A stretch of DNA of 64,000 nucleotides from Candidatus Latescibacterota bacterium (GCA_965206595.1 OZ242214.1:2624001-2688000); one strand, 5' to 3'; shown: positions 29,521 through 40,383, counted from the stretch's first letter. Notes: generated from the letters alone by a model not told the origin. Numbers and translations: made by a program.

Positions 29521-29919
29521 TTGGAGCCCCCTCCCATTCGCTTTTTTGACTTGCCCTTTCCCGGTTTCTGGAACCGGCCCCGGCTGGACATGTCGGGGCC
29601 GGCCAGTCGGAGGGTCGGCAATCGCGCAAAAAGCGACCCTCCGGGTTCAGGCCGGAGCGCCTGAAAGAGATGGGCCGCGTCGTTACGCCCGAGAGCCTGG
29701 GTTGCCCATCCTCGGCCCCAGCCCTTTCGGAACTGGGAGACGACGATGCGGCCCCGTCAAAGAAACTCTTTGAAACCGCACGAACCGTAGCGCAACCCAA
29801 CCTAAAACCCCCCTCTGGACACTGCAAAAAAAATTCCCCGCGAGTGATAACTGCTGGTATAACGGCGCTCGGGGGATTTTTCAAGTAACGAATTAACAGC
29901 AACTTACAACATTACAACT

Positions 29920-32900
29920 GCGGAAGACCTGGTCACCGGGCTCAACCAGCCCCGAGGGATCGCCCTCGATCTTTCCGGCGGCCGCATGTACTGGCCCGAC
30001 TGGGGCACGGACAAGATCCAGCGGGCTTATCTCGACGGCTCCGGTGTGGAAGACCTGGTCACCGAGGGCCTGCAGACCTCCCAGGCGATCGCCCTCGATC
30101 CGGGCGAGGGCAGGATGTACTGGACCGATTACGGCACCGACAAGATCCAGCGCGCCCACCTCGACGGCAGCGATGTGGAAGACCTGGTCACCACCGGCCT
30201 GAAGGAGCCCTACGGCCTGACCCTGGGCGCCGGCCTGCCGGCGCAGATCCTGAAAGTAGAGGGGGCCTCGGCGACCCTGAACCTAGCCGGCCGCTTCCGC
30301 GACCCGGAGGGGGGCGCCCTGACCCTCACCGTGTCTTCAAGCGACGAGGCGGTCGCCACCGCGACTCTGGCCGACTCGACGGTGACCATCGCCCCGGTCG
30401 CCCCCGGCCGGGTGACGGTCGCGGTGACCGCCCGCGACGAGGGGGGCCGGGCTACCAGCCTGCCGGTGGCCGTGACCGTGTACCCGGCCAACCGCCCGCC
30501 GCAGGCCCTCACCCTGGCCGACCGCAAGATCCGCATCGGCAGCCCGGCCCGGGTCGAGCTGAAAAACGCCTTCACCGACCCGGACGAAGAAGACGTCCTG
30601 ACCTACACGGCCGCCTCGAGCAACGAAGCGGTGGCCACCGCGGCCGTCGAGGGGACCGGCCTGCTGATCACCCCCAGGAAAACCGGGCAGACCCGGATCT
30701 CGGTGACCGCCCGCGACCCGAAGGGCCTGGAGGCGTCGCTGAGCTTTGCCGTCACCGTCGAGCCCAAGCCGCCCCCCAGGCCGCCCCGGACCCCGCCCGG
30801 CTCGAGCAGTGACGATGGTGATGGTAATGATGGTGGTGGCCCGGTAACCCCCCCGCCCCCGCCTCCGCCTCCGCCTCCTCCTCCACCGCCGACGCCTCCG
30901 CCTACCCCACCTCCGCCGGGTCAGAACAACGCCCCGACCTTTGACGAGGGTTCGCATACCACCCGCCGCCTGGCCGAGAACACCGGCGCGAACCAGAACA
31001 TCCAGCACCCGGTCCGCGCCACCGACGACGACGGACACCGGCTCACCTACCGCCTCTCAGGCACCGACGAGGCCCGCTTCGCCGTCGTCTCCGGCAGCGG
31101 ACAGCTGCGCACCCGGTCGGGGGTCGCCTACGACTTCGAGGCGCAGAATCGCTACTCGGTGACGGTGGAAGCAGACGATGGTCACGGCGGCAGGGCGACC
31201 ATTGAGGTGACGATTAGAGTGATCGACGCAGCAGAGCCGTGTCCTGGTGACGGCGATGCCCCGGTGCCGACAGCGGTGGAGGTCGGGGTTGTTCCCATCG
31301 TGGTCGAATCCACAACTGAAGAGTACTTCGTGCTGTATGTGAAGTACGATGTGGACGGCACGGATGTGGAGTTGCCGGTCCTGGTGAAGTTGGGTGAGGC
31401 CGGCACGACCACGTTGGCAGAAAACGTGGCGGCGCTGCCCGCCGAGCGCTACCGGGTGGAGAAGTATCTCATCGCCGACCCCGCTGACGTGGATGGTGAC
31501 TGCATCGACGACATCGCGGAACTCAATAACCTGGGGGGCATGAACCCGGTGAACGCCGCCGCCGCCATCGAACTCAGCGACGGCGCCGTGGCCGTTCCCG
31601 ATCGGGACACATTCGAGACGCTCGCCTACGGCCTGACATACCTCAAGTTCGTACTGCTCGACAAGGACACCGACCGACCGCGTGTCTACTTCATCAACTC
31701 CAAGACGCACACGGCTCATTTTGCATTCCTGGATGCCGTAAGCCTCGAGCCGGACCAGGACTGGTATATGATCACCGGTACGATCGTCTATCACCGGGAA
31801 TTGGGCGCCCCCGGTGGCAGCTCAGGAGTCTACCTTTTACGGCTAGACGCATTCAGAGCCTTCCATTACTCCTTCAGCCTCGTGGCGCGCTCCTATACAG
31901 CGTTCGCGGCCAGCATGCCGCTGCTCGATGGCAACCTGGCCTTGCATATGCCAAACCAGGATCTTCTGTATCTCCAGGCCGACTTGCCGTTGTACACGGA
32001 ATCCCGCATCCCCCTCGTGTTCGAGGAAGATATCTCCCCTAAATCTGGCTTCATGGCGATGAACCCGGGGGAAGGCTACGGCCTGCTGCGGGTCATGGAA
32101 CTGGACGAGCGTCCCACCCCCCGAGACATCGTGATCTACGAGGCGCTGCCCAACAATCTGCCCCGCGTCGCCGGCATCATCACCACCGTGCCCCAAACGC
32201 CGCTGTCGCACGTCAACCTGCGCGCCGTGCAGGACGGCGTGCCCAACGCTTTCATCCGCGGCGCCCTCGACAAGCCCTACATCGACAATCGCGTCGGCAG
32301 CTACGTCCGGTACGAAGTGATCGAGAACGGATACGTAATCCACGCCGCCACCCCTGCGGAAGTCGATGCCCACTACGCCGCGTCCCGCGCCGTGCAGGAA
32401 CAGACCCCGCAACGCGACCTCTTGGAGATGTCGATCACTCCCCTCAGTGAGATCGTCTTTGCGGACTGGAAGGCGTTCGGCGTCAAGGCGGCGAACGTGG
32501 CCGTGCTCGGGACGCTGGGGTTTCCGGAGGGGACCGTGCCCAACGGGTTTGCGATCCCGTTCTATTTCTACGACGAGTTCATGAAGGCCAACGGGTTGTA
32601 TGACGACATTGAAGAGATGCTGGCTGATGAGGATTTCCAAACGGACTTCGCCATCCAGGAGTCCGAGCTCAAGAAGCTGCGTAAGAAGATCAAGGATGCG
32701 GACACTCCCCAGTGGATCACCGACGCGCTCACCACAATGCACGCCACGTACCCCGAAGGGCAGTCGCTCCGCTACCGGTCGAGCACCAACAACGAAGACC
32801 TGCCCGGTTTCAACGGGGCGGGCCTGTACGACTCCAAGACCCAGCATCCCGACGAGACCGAGGAGGACGGCATCGCCAAATCGCTCAAACAGGTGTACGC

Positions 32901-33393
32901 CAGCCTGTGGAATTTCCGCGCGTTCATCGAACGCGACTTCCATCGCATCGATCACCTGGCGGCCGCGATGGGGGTGCTGGTGCATCCCAACTATTCCGAC
33001 GAGTTGGCCAACGGCGTCGCCGTCTCCTTCGATCCCGTCTTGGGCAGACAAGGGAGCTACTACGTCAACACGCAGCTCGGCGAAGATCTGGTCACTAATC
33101 CCGACGCCCACTCGGTGCCGGAGGAAATCCTGTTGGACCGGTTCGGTTTTTTCACCATTCTTGGCACCTCCAACCAAGTGCCGCCGGGGCAACTCCTGAT
33201 GAGCGACACCCAAATGACACAGTTGCGTGGGCACCTCACCGTGATCCATGACCACTTCGCAGGGCTGTACAACCCCGCACCCGATGAACCTTTCGCCATG
33301 GAGATCGAGTTCAAGATCACCAGCGACAATATCCTGGCGATCAAGCAGGCCCGCCCCTGGGTGTTCAGCGGCAGCGGCTCCGGTGATCCATGA
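29920..33393 (+). CDS. 5'-truncated surface protein: YWTD/LDLR-like repeats, Ig/cadherin-like domains, Pro-rich linker, PEP/pyruvate-binding (PPDK N-terminal-like) domain
   Basis: MYWTDYGTDKIQRAHLDGS repeats; cadherin YDFEAQNRYSVTV.A.D; FGVKAANV, RYRSSTNNEDLPGFNGAGLYDS, EIEFK...IKQARP; no signal peptide. Confidence 0.8.
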   Translation, partial: AEDLVTGLNQPRGIALDLSGGRMYWPDWGTDKIQRAYLDGSGVEDLVTEGLQTSQAIALDPGEGRMYWTDYGTDKIQRAHLDGSDVEDLVTTGLKEPYGLTLGAGLPAQILKVEGASATLNLAGRFRDPEGGALTLTVSSSDEAVATATLADSTVTIAPVAPGRVTVAVTARDEGGRATSLPVAVTVYPANRPPQALTLADRKIRIGSPARVELKNAFTDPDEEDVLTYTAASSNEAVATAAVEGTGLLITPRKTGQTRISVTARDPKGLEASLSFAVTVEPKPPPRPPRTPPGSSSDDGDGNDGGGPVTPPPPPPPPPPPPPPTPPPTPPPPGQNNAPTFDEGSHTTRRLAENTGANQNIQHPVRATDDDGHRLTYRLSGTDEARFAVVSGSGQLRTRSGVAYDFEAQNRYSVTVEADDGHGGRATIEVTIRVIDAAEPCPGDGDAPVPTAVEVGVVPIVVESTTEEYFVLYVKYDVDGTDVELPVLVKLGEAGTTTLAENVAALPAERYRVEKYLIADPADVDGDCIDDIAELNNLGGMNPVNAAAAIELSDGAVAVPDRDTFETLAYGLTYLKFVLLDKDTDRPRVYFINSKTHTAHFAFLDAVSLEPDQDWYMITGTIVYHRELGAPGGSSGVYLLRLDAFRAFHYSFSLVARSYTAFAASMPLLDGNLALHMPNQDLLYLQADLPLYTESRIPLVFEEDISPKSGFMAMNPGEGYGLLRVMELDERPTPRDIVIYEALPNNLPRVAGIITTVPQTPLSHVNLRAVQDGVPNAFIRGALDKPYIDNRVGSYVRYEVIENGYVIHAATPAEVDAHYAASRAVQEQTPQRDLLEMSITPLSEIVFADWKAFGVKAANVAVLGTLGFPEGTVPNGFAIPFYFYDEFMKANGLYDDIEEMLADEDFQTDFAIQESELKKLRKKIKDADTPQWITDALTTMHATYPEGQSLRYRSSTNNEDLPGFNGAGLYDSKTQHPDETEEDGIAKSLKQVYASLWNFRAFIERDFHRIDHLAAAMGVLVHPNYSDELANGVAVSFDPVLGRQGSYYVNTQLGEDLVTNPDAHSVPEEILLDRFGFFTILGTSNQVPPGQLLMSDTQMTQLRGHLTVIHDHFAGLYNPAPDEPFAMEIEFKITSDNILAIKQARPWVFSGSGSGDP

Positions 33394-33394
33394 G

Positions 33395-33587
33395 CAGTTC
33401 GCGGTGCTGTACGGCATCGGCCCTGGTTCTCTACAGCGAAGAGGTGGAAGTCGATGGAATGGTTCAATTCTCTCAAAAAAACCATCTGTGGCCGGAATTT
33501 CGGCGAATACGGGGTATGCGATTGGGGCATGGCAGGACATCCTCCTTCTTTTCTCAAGCAATGAATGAAGTTTCCACAAAATCGGGT
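33395..33587 (-). mobile_element. IS3-family left-end remnant
   Basis: MPQSHTPYSPKFRPQMV and an end similar to 21112-21141. Confidence 0.6.
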
Positions 33588-34076
33588 TGATGTGGATTCC
33601 GGAATTCGGACGGTCACGTTAGTCGGACAGTCACGTTAGGTGGATCCAACCCTCTATGGAAGGAATGGAGACATGGGAAAACGACGTAGCTTCTCCGCCC
33701 AATTCAAGGCCAAAGTCGCCTTGGAGGCCCTGTCTATCTGCACGACTTCCAGGATGGACGGCAGGCGCGTCAGATGATCGCTGACTGGCTTTCGCTAATA
33801 CAACGAAGAACGACCTCACTCCAGCTTGGCCGGGGACTGGACGCGATGGAGGCATACACCCGGCGCCGGGCGGCATTAACTTCAGAAGGGACGGGCGTGT
33901 GACAATTTGCCAAGGGCTGGTGGGTTATCTTGCGCCAGCAAAAAAACGGGTATCCCGCAGAGTCGGAAAGGAGGTCCCAGGGGAAACCCGGGAACAAGAA
34001 GAACAGGGCAGCAATCAACTCAATGAGTCCACCATAACTCTGCTGTTCGGCTGTCCAAAGAATGGGGTTCACCTCA
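33588..34076 (+). mobile_element. Internally deleted IS3-family element (MITE-like)
   Basis: TG...CA imperfect ends; orfA start MGKRRSFSAQFKAKVALEAL; orfB tail YNEERPHSSL; 17-bp tandem duplication 33606-33639. Confidence 0.65.
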
Positions 34077-34089
34077 CCCGAAAGTGTTT

Positions 34090-34253
34090 CATTTCTTTCG
34101 CGGCTCCATACCGCGGACCTACGCCTCCCCCTGCCAGCGCATGCGCCTGCACCGTTACCTGCGCACGCGCATGACTCGGGGCTGTCGTGGTTCGCTACAC
34201 CTTTGACACAGATGACTTTCACATCTTACACCTCGCCGGTTTAGCCGGCGCAC
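34090..34253 (-). mobile_element. Group II intron 5' (domain I) remnant
   Basis: Begins GTGCG at 34253; GTGCGCCGGCTAAACCGGCGAGG...GGTGTAGCGAACCACGACAGCCCCGAGTCATGCG. Confidence 0.65.
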
Positions 34254-34263
34254 GGAGAAGTCC

Positions 34264-35613
34264 ATGAGACTCGTTTCCTCTTTTCTGCTCACCTGCGCCT
34301 TGACCCTGGGCGGCTGCTCCGACCACGATCCGGTTTCCTCCAACCAGCCGGAAGCGGCGGGCAAGCGGATATCCAGCAGCCTGACCTTGAGCGCCCCTGT
34401 CGCCGGGCTGGCCGAGTCCAGGCCCTCCAAGCCCCGCTTCGAGCCCGGACCGCTCGGCGCCGTCGAAGTCGAAGAGGGAGAGGCGGTACAGATCCGCTCG
34501 TTGCTCGCGCACACCGTAGCGCCATCCCTTGGCGTGCCATCCCGGCAAAGCATCGAGTTGGCCGTGGCGGACTTCGGACCCGTTCACGGCCGCGAGGTCG
34601 AGCTCGGAGAGCCTGTAGACGCCATGTGCTCGCCGGAAGGGGGAAGCGCGGGCGCAGGGCAGATCGTCGCCGACCCGCAGGTGCTCGGCGTCATCGGCAC
34701 CTCCTGCTCGGCCGCGGCGGTAGCTGCCTCCCCGGTGATCGACGAAGCGGGGCTGGTGATGATCTCGCCGTCCAACACCTCCCCTTCGCTCACTTCCGAT
34801 CTGGCCGGCAACGCGAATCCCGACTACCACCCCGGGTATTTCCGCGTTTCCATCAACGATCTCTACCAGGCGCAGGCAGTCGCCGACTTCGCCTACACCG
34901 TGCTGGGCCTGCGGAGCATGGCGGCCATCGACGACGGCGACCCGTACACGTCCGCCCTCGTCGGCGCCTTCGGGGACGCCTTCGAGGCCATCGGCGGAGC
35001 GATCGCGGCCACCGCCCGGATCGAGAAAGGGGAAACGGGCATGACCTCCGTCCTCGCGGAATTCGCGGCAGCCGGGCCGGACGGCATCTTCTTTCCGCTA
35101 TTCGAGGTGGAGGGCACCGCCTTCGCCGAGCAGGCGCTGGCGTTCGAGGGACTGGAAGACGCCACCCTCATTTCGGGTGCCGCCCTCCTTGTGTCCGAGT
35201 TCCTCGGCATGCCGCAGTCGGAGGGCATCTATTTCGCGGGGCCGGAGTCGGATCTCGGCTCGAACGTCAACGCGGCGACCGGCAAGAGCGCCGGGGAAGT
35301 GCTGGACGCATTCGCCGCGGCTCACGGCGGGTCTCCGGGGACTCCCTACTGGGCGCACTCCTACGACGCTGCGACGCTGCTGCTCGGCGCCGTCGAGTCC
35401 GTTGCCGTGGCCGAGGGCGGGAAGCTGTACGTCGACCGCGCCGCGCTACGGGAGGAGATCGCGGCCACGAACGGCTTCCAGGGCCTCGTCGGCACCCTCT
35501 CCTGCGACGAGTTCGGAGACTGCGGCACCGGGCGCATCAACATCTACCACCACACGGACACCGAAATCACCGATCCCGCGCAGCTGCCGCTGGTCTACCG
35601 GTTCGCTCCCTGA
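34264..35613 (+). CDS. Branched-chain amino acid ABC transporter substrate-binding lipoprotein (orphan)
   Basis: LGGC lipobox, VIGTSCS, MISPSNT, YFRVS.ND..Q, AHSYDA; no permease genes nearby. Confidence 0.88.
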   Translation: MRLVSSFLLTCALTLGGCSDHDPVSSNQPEAAGKRISSSLTLSAPVAGLAESRPSKPRFEPGPLGAVEVEEGEAVQIRSLLAHTVAPSLGVPSRQSIELAVADFGPVHGREVELGEPVDAMCSPEGGSAGAGQIVADPQVLGVIGTSCSAAAVAASPVIDEAGLVMISPSNTSPSLTSDLAGNANPDYHPGYFRVSINDLYQAQAVADFAYTVLGLRSMAAIDDGDPYTSALVGAFGDAFEAIGGAIAATARIEKGETGMTSVLAEFAAAGPDGIFFPLFEVEGTAFAEQALAFEGLEDATLISGAALLVSEFLGMPQSEGIYFAGPESDLGSNVNAATGKSAGEVLDAFAAAHGGSPGTPYWAHSYDAATLLLGAVESVAVAEGGKLYVDRAALREEIAATNGFQGLVGTLSCDEFGDCGTGRINIYHHTDTEITDPAQLPLVYRFAP

Positions 35614-36289
35614 GCCTTGTCTCCCGGCTGCTGGGGCAGTTCCGCCAGGGACGGAGCTGGGAGGATTCGTCGATGCCGAGGGGCATCGGCCGCAGGACTC
35701 CAAAAGGCCCGGGATGGTGCTTCGTGAGCTGGGCATCCTACCCGATAGGGACCCGGCTGAACGGCATGCGGGTCCGCGTTCTCCCTGATCCACCCGAAGG
35801 GGAGCTCGTTCAGCGAGCGCCGTGCTGATTCCGCCACTGCGCCTGTAGCGGATAAATGGACCTTGTCGAGAACCAAGGATCTACTCGACCGCTCACCCAA
35901 CAGGACATGCCCGTGGGTGGGAAGACAGCCTACCGCGTTCGAAAGACTAGGAAAAGAAGAGGGATCAGGCAGGCGCGTTCAGCTCGAGGAATTACGCATC
36001 AACGCAACGCATTCCTCCGGTGTTCCAGTTGTAGAAGATGCCTCTTCAGGCAGGAAATCCTATTCTACGCTCTGAACCACTAACAGCCCGTTGATAAAGT
36101 TGCGCTGCAGGCGAGACCGAGTCATTGCGGTCGAAGACAAGGCGCGCGACCGAAGTGTAAAGCGGCTCGGGTAATTCCCATACGGTTCGGAAGTGGTGGT
36201 CACATCCCTGTCCCCCGGGGAGTCATCTTTCAACCGGTGCGTTTCGACCCGCGCAGAAATTCCAGCCCTCCAAGAGAGATCGCCGGAAA

Positions 36290-37039
36290 TCAACAAAGCC
36301 GAGGATCGGAATCCGGGGCCACTTCATGAGCGATGGCGGCAGCGAAATCCTCGTTGCCCAGATCCTCCAGCCGCCATCTGACTTCCGGCATCCGGGGAAA
36401 CCGGAATATGGTCGTCGTCATGCCGCGGCGCATGGCCAAGGGGATCTCGAATTCGGACATGCCCGAAGAAAGGCCTGTGCCAAGCGCCTTGAGCAGTGCT
36501 TCCTTCATTGTCCAGAGATTGTAGAACAGGTGGAGCTTGTGGCTTCCACGCGCCAATGCGAGCTCGGCCTTTTCGCCCGGGCCGAGCACGGTCCTTATCA
36601 GTCCGTCGAGGTCGCCACGGGGGACCCGTTCCTCGACATCCACGCCCAGCCGCCCTTCCGGCGCCACCGCGATCAATCCATGTCCGCCCCCGTGACTTAC
36701 GTTGAAGCTTATGGTCGCCGGCGCCCCATCCAACAGGGCAAACGGCTTTCCATAACTGGATACAGCGAATGCAAGTTGTTCGTTTCGGCAGCCGAGTCGC
36801 TTGCAGAGAATTGCGCGGAGCGCCGCACGGCACAAGGCGAATCGACGACGGGGACCGGCATGCAGGTAGCGTTGCCAGCGCGACTGTTCCTTTTCGTCAA
36901 GGTACTCAAGGGCGTCCGCCTCACGGGAAGCATGTGGCGAAAGATCGACGTATGTGACGGCGGCGTTGCCGATCTTTCTGAAGGGACGCCACCAGCACTC
37001 GGCAACGGAAGCTGGTATTGTTTGTCGGGGGAGCTGCAC
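36290..37039 (-). CDS. 4'-phosphopantetheinyl transferase (Sfp-type)
   Basis: YGKP, FNVSH, LGVDVE, WTMKEALLKALGTG. Confidence 0.9.
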   Translation of the reverse strand: MQLPRQTIPASVAECWWRPFRKIGNAAVTYVDLSPHASREADALEYLDEKEQSRWQRYLHAGPRRRFALCRAALRAILCKRLGCRNEQLAFAVSSYGKPFALLDGAPATISFNVSHGGGHGLIAVAPEGRLGVDVEERVPRGDLDGLIRTVLGPGEKAELALARGSHKLHLFYNLWTMKEALLKALGTGLSSGMSEFEIPLAMRRGMTTTIFRFPRMPEVRWRLEDLGNEDFAAAIAHEVAPDSDPRLC

Positions 37040-37101
37040 CAGTCCTTCACAAAGCCGCAGATCTTCGCTGGAGCAGCGGACGCCCCGTATCCAGGGGGCG
37101 T

Positions 37102-37290
37102 TCAGCCAGCGTGAGTATCGAGGTGCTCGATGAATTCCCGTACGCTGTTTTCATCCGCACAATCTTCGGGAGTAAACGTATCGTTGGATTCCTGAGCGAC
37201 CAGTTTCGCGAACGCAACGAGTTTCACGGAGGATACGCCGGCATCGATTAGGCTGAAATCCATATCCTCCCGCAGCCCTACGGGAATAAC
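37102..37290 (-). pseudogene. Acyl carrier protein remnant (SupB-like)
   Basis: Not in the ORF track; reads MDFSLIDAGVSSVKLVAFAKLVAQESNDTFTPEDCADENSVREFIEHLDTHAG*. Confidence 0.6.
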
Positions 37291-37384
37291 GCCAACGTGG
37301 GCTCAGGATGGACAGCACCATCCATTCCCCGCACCCGTCCCCCGACTTCCGGCCAGGCCGTTGCCACCAACGGACCCGGCACTG

Positions 37385-37560
37385 CGCTGGGAGGTCAGCT
37401 GCCTTTGGGAATCGGCACGCCATGCCCACAATCGCTATCGGCTGTGCGGACCGGTTCCCCTTCTGTTGCCCGACCCCGGTTTCAGGAACGGGTTCTCCGG
37501 AAGGATCGAAGGACCCGTCCAGTCTCAACATGCTACCGGTTTCAGAATTCATCTCGGCAA
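37385..37560 (-). pseudogene. Type I PKS ketosynthase N-terminal stub
   Basis: QPIAIVGMACRFPKAADL, then homology ends abruptly. Confidence 0.75.
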
Positions 37561-38037
37561 CCCTTTCTTCAAAATCAAAACACCGGTCGTTGCCCGGCCC
37601 CTCCATTTCTCCGACTCCAAACAATACCACGTGTATATGAAACCCACCAAGCGATACCGCCACCTCGTTGCGTGAGGATTCCGTCACGCCCTTGCCGGGG
37701 ATGGCGAAATACACTTGCGCGAAGACAAACCGCGCTACAATCAACGGGCTGCAATCGATTTGGTTATCTTTTCCGTCTTCGTGCGCACCTTACCGGTTTC
37801 TTTGGGAAACAGGAACCGCACCCACAAGAGCGGACGACTGCGAATACCTGAAAGCCAGTTCTTCGCCGGCACGGAATGATGCCGTGACCTTTGGCGCCGG
37901 TCCGAACTTCCATCCTCTGATCGACTGATGCGACCCTTGCCGCCGCGCAACGGCTGCCCTCTCGCGGGCCCTTCCCGCAACACCCCCCTACCACCCCGTC
38001 CGGTGACTTCCGGACCATACAAACCTGGAGCGCCTCG

Positions 38038-39195
38038 ATGGCCAAGATCCTAGTCGTAGACGACGAGCCGGACCTGGAGCTGCTGCTGCGGCAGAGATTC
38101 CGGCGCCGGACCCGGTCCGGAGAGCTCAGTCTCGTTTTCGCCCAGAACGGCGTCGAGGCCCTGCAGCAACTCGAGGAACACGACGACATCGACCTGGTGC
38201 TGTCGGACATCAACATGCCGGAAATGGACGGGCTCACCCTCCTGCAGCAGCTCGGCAGTCTGGACTACGACCTGCGGGCGGTGATGGTCACCGCGTACGG
38301 GGACATGAAGAACATCCGCACCGCCATGAACCGGGGGGCCTTCGATTTCGTGACCAAGCCGATCGACTTCGACGACCTCGAAGCGACGATCGCCAAGACC
38401 CTCGAGCACCTCGGGGTAATGCGGGAGGCGCTGCGGTCGCGGGACGAGCTGGTGGCCCTGCGGCAGGAGCTCGGGGTGGCGGCGCAGATGCAGGAGTCCA
38501 TTCTCCCCACGGACTTCCCCGTGAACCCCCGCTACGAGATACACGCCTCGATGACCCCGGCTCGCGAGGTCGGCGGCGACTTCTACGACTTCTTCCAGAT
38601 CGAGGGCGAGCGCATGGGGATCGTGGTGGCGGACGTGTCGGGGAAGGGAGTGCCGGCCGCCCTCTTCATGATGGTGAGCCGGACCCTCATGAAGGGGACC
38701 GCCATCGGCGAGAGCAACCCGGCGAAGTGCCTCAACGAGGTCAACGAGCTGCTGACCGAGTCGAACAAGGAGTCGATGTTCGTCACCGTGTTCTACACTA
38801 CCCTCGACCCGGTCACGGGGCGCGTCGAGTTCGCCAACGCCGGGCACAACCTGCCGTACGTGGTCAAGCAGTCCGGCGAGGTGCGGCAGATATCCTGCGA
38901 CCCGGGGCTGGTCCTGGGGGTGCTGCCCTCCTTCGAGTTCCCGGAGGGTAACATCGAGCTGGACCCGGGGGACGTGCTGTTCTTCTACACCGACGGCGTC
39001 AACGAGGCGATGGACGAGAACGGCGTCGAGTTCGGCGACGAAAGGCTGACCCAAGTCCTGGCGCAGGCCGCGGGTGCCAGCGCCGCCGAGTTCAGCAGCC
39101 GGGTGGTGCAGGCGGTGCAGGATCACGCCGGCGAAGCCCCCCAGTCCGACGACATAACCTGCATGGCCGTGCGCTACATCGGGGATCCTGCGTAG
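38038..39195 (+). CDS. Response regulator receiver + PP2C/SpoIIE phosphatase (RsbU/RsbP-like)
   Basis: ILVVDDE, LSDINMP; VGGDFYD, ADVSGKG, YTDG, SDDIT. Confidence 0.92.
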   Translation: MAKILVVDDEPDLELLLRQRFRRRTRSGELSLVFAQNGVEALQQLEEHDDIDLVLSDINMPEMDGLTLLQQLGSLDYDLRAVMVTAYGDMKNIRTAMNRGAFDFVTKPIDFDDLEATIAKTLEHLGVMREALRSRDELVALRQELGVAAQMQESILPTDFPVNPRYEIHASMTPAREVGGDFYDFFQIEGERMGIVVADVSGKGVPAALFMMVSRTLMKGTAIGESNPAKCLNEVNELLTESNKESMFVTVFYTTLDPVTGRVEFANAGHNLPYVVKQSGEVRQISCDPGLVLGVLPSFEFPEGNIELDPGDVLFFYTDGVNEAMDENGVEFGDERLTQVLAQAAGASAAEFSSRVVQAVQDHAGEAPQSDDITCMAVRYIGDPA

Positions 39196-40383
39196 ATGGG
39201 TCGTTTCGCCCTCCTCGCCGCGGCAGCGGCGGGACTGGCGCCTGTCGCCGCGTACGCCCCCCCCCCGGCCGTCAGCGACGGGGTGTTCCCCGACTCGATC
39301 CTCTTCGGACAGTCCGCGGCCCTGAGCGGTCCGGCCAGAGAACTGGGCCGCAACATGAACCTCGGGATCCGCGCCGCCTTCGAGGAAGCCAACCGCTCCG
39401 GCGGCATCCACGGCCGCCAGCTCCGGCTCCTCGTGCGGGACGACGGGTACGAGCCCGAGGCCGCGGTCGCCAACACCAGGGAGCTGATCGCGCTCGGCGT
39501 CTTCGGCCTGATCGGCGCCGTGGGCACCCCCACCTCCAACGCCGCCGAACCGATTGCCAGCGGCGCCTCGGTCCCCTACGTCGGCCCCTTCACCGGCGCC
39601 GACCTGCTCAGGGGCCGGGACCAGCGCTTCGTCGTCAACGTCCGCGCCTCGTACTACCAGGAGACCGAGGAGATGGTGGAGCGGCTGACCGCGGACCTGG
39701 GATTCCGTCGCATCGCCATCCTCTACCAGGACGACAGCTACGGAACGGCCGGCCTCACCGGCGTGCGCCGGGCCCTCGACCGGCGCGGCATGAAACTGGT
39801 CGGCGAAGTCACCTACATGCGCAACACCGTCGCCGTGAAGCGGGCCCTTCTCGGCCTCCTGGACAGCGATCCGGAAGCGGTCATCATCATCGGCGCCTAC
39901 CGGCCGGCCGCCCACTTCATCAAGTGGGCCCGGAAGATCGGCATGGAAGCGGTCTTCGTGAACATATCCTTCGTCGGCAGCAACGCCCTGCTCGAGGAGC
40001 TGGGCCGGGCGGGCGACGGGGTGGTGGTCACCCAGGTCGTGCCGTTCCCCCGCGACACCGGCATTCCGGTAGTTGCCCGATATCACGCCGCCCTGAAAGC
40101 GGTCGACGAGGCGGGGCAACCGGGGTTCGTCTCCCTCGAGGGGTACCTGGCAGGGCGCCTCGCCGCCGATGCCCTGCGCGCTTCCACCGCCCCCGCCGGG
40201 GGCGGTGAGGCGGCCCGGCCGACCCGTGAGGCTTTCCTGCGAACCCTCGAGGAGTCCGGCCCCATCGACCTGGGCGGCTTCGAGGTCGAGTACGGTCCCG
40301 GGGACAACCAGGGGTCCGACCGGGTGTTCCTGACCACGATCCGCGGCGGCGGTTTCGTCCCGGTGACGCGGCTGTTGCGATGA
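39196..40383 (+). CDS. Periplasmic ligand-binding protein (LivJ-like), sensor partner
   Basis: GQSAALSGPA, DDGYEP, VGTPT, NVRASY..E, LEGY. Confidence 0.88.
   Translation: MGRFALLAAAAAGLAPVAAYAPPPAVSDGVFPDSILFGQSAALSGPARELGRNMNLGIRAAFEEANRSGGIHGRQLRLLVRDDGYEPEAAVANTRELIALGVFGLIGAVGTPTSNAAEPIASGASVPYVGPFTGADLLRGRDQRFVVNVRASYYQETEEMVERLTADLGFRRIAILYQDDSYGTAGLTGVRRALDRRGMKLVGEVTYMRNTVAVKRALLGLLDSDPEAVIIIGAYRPAAHFIKWARKIGMEAVFVNISFVGSNALLEELGRAGDGVVVTQVVPFPRDTGIPVVARYHAALKAVDEAGQPGFVSLEGYLAGRLAADALRASTAPAGGGEAARPTREAFLRTLEESGPIDLGGFEVEYGPGDNQGSDRVFLTTIRGGGFVPVTRLLR

Noticed and set aside
30845-30918. CCG/CCT repeat run
   Set aside because: Encodes a poly-Pro linker; not a CRISPR or other array.
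18355-34253. Idea that the intron 5' remnant (34090-34253) and the RT/domain V remnant are one split intron
   Set aside because: 14 kb of unrelated genes lie between them and nothing links them except strand.
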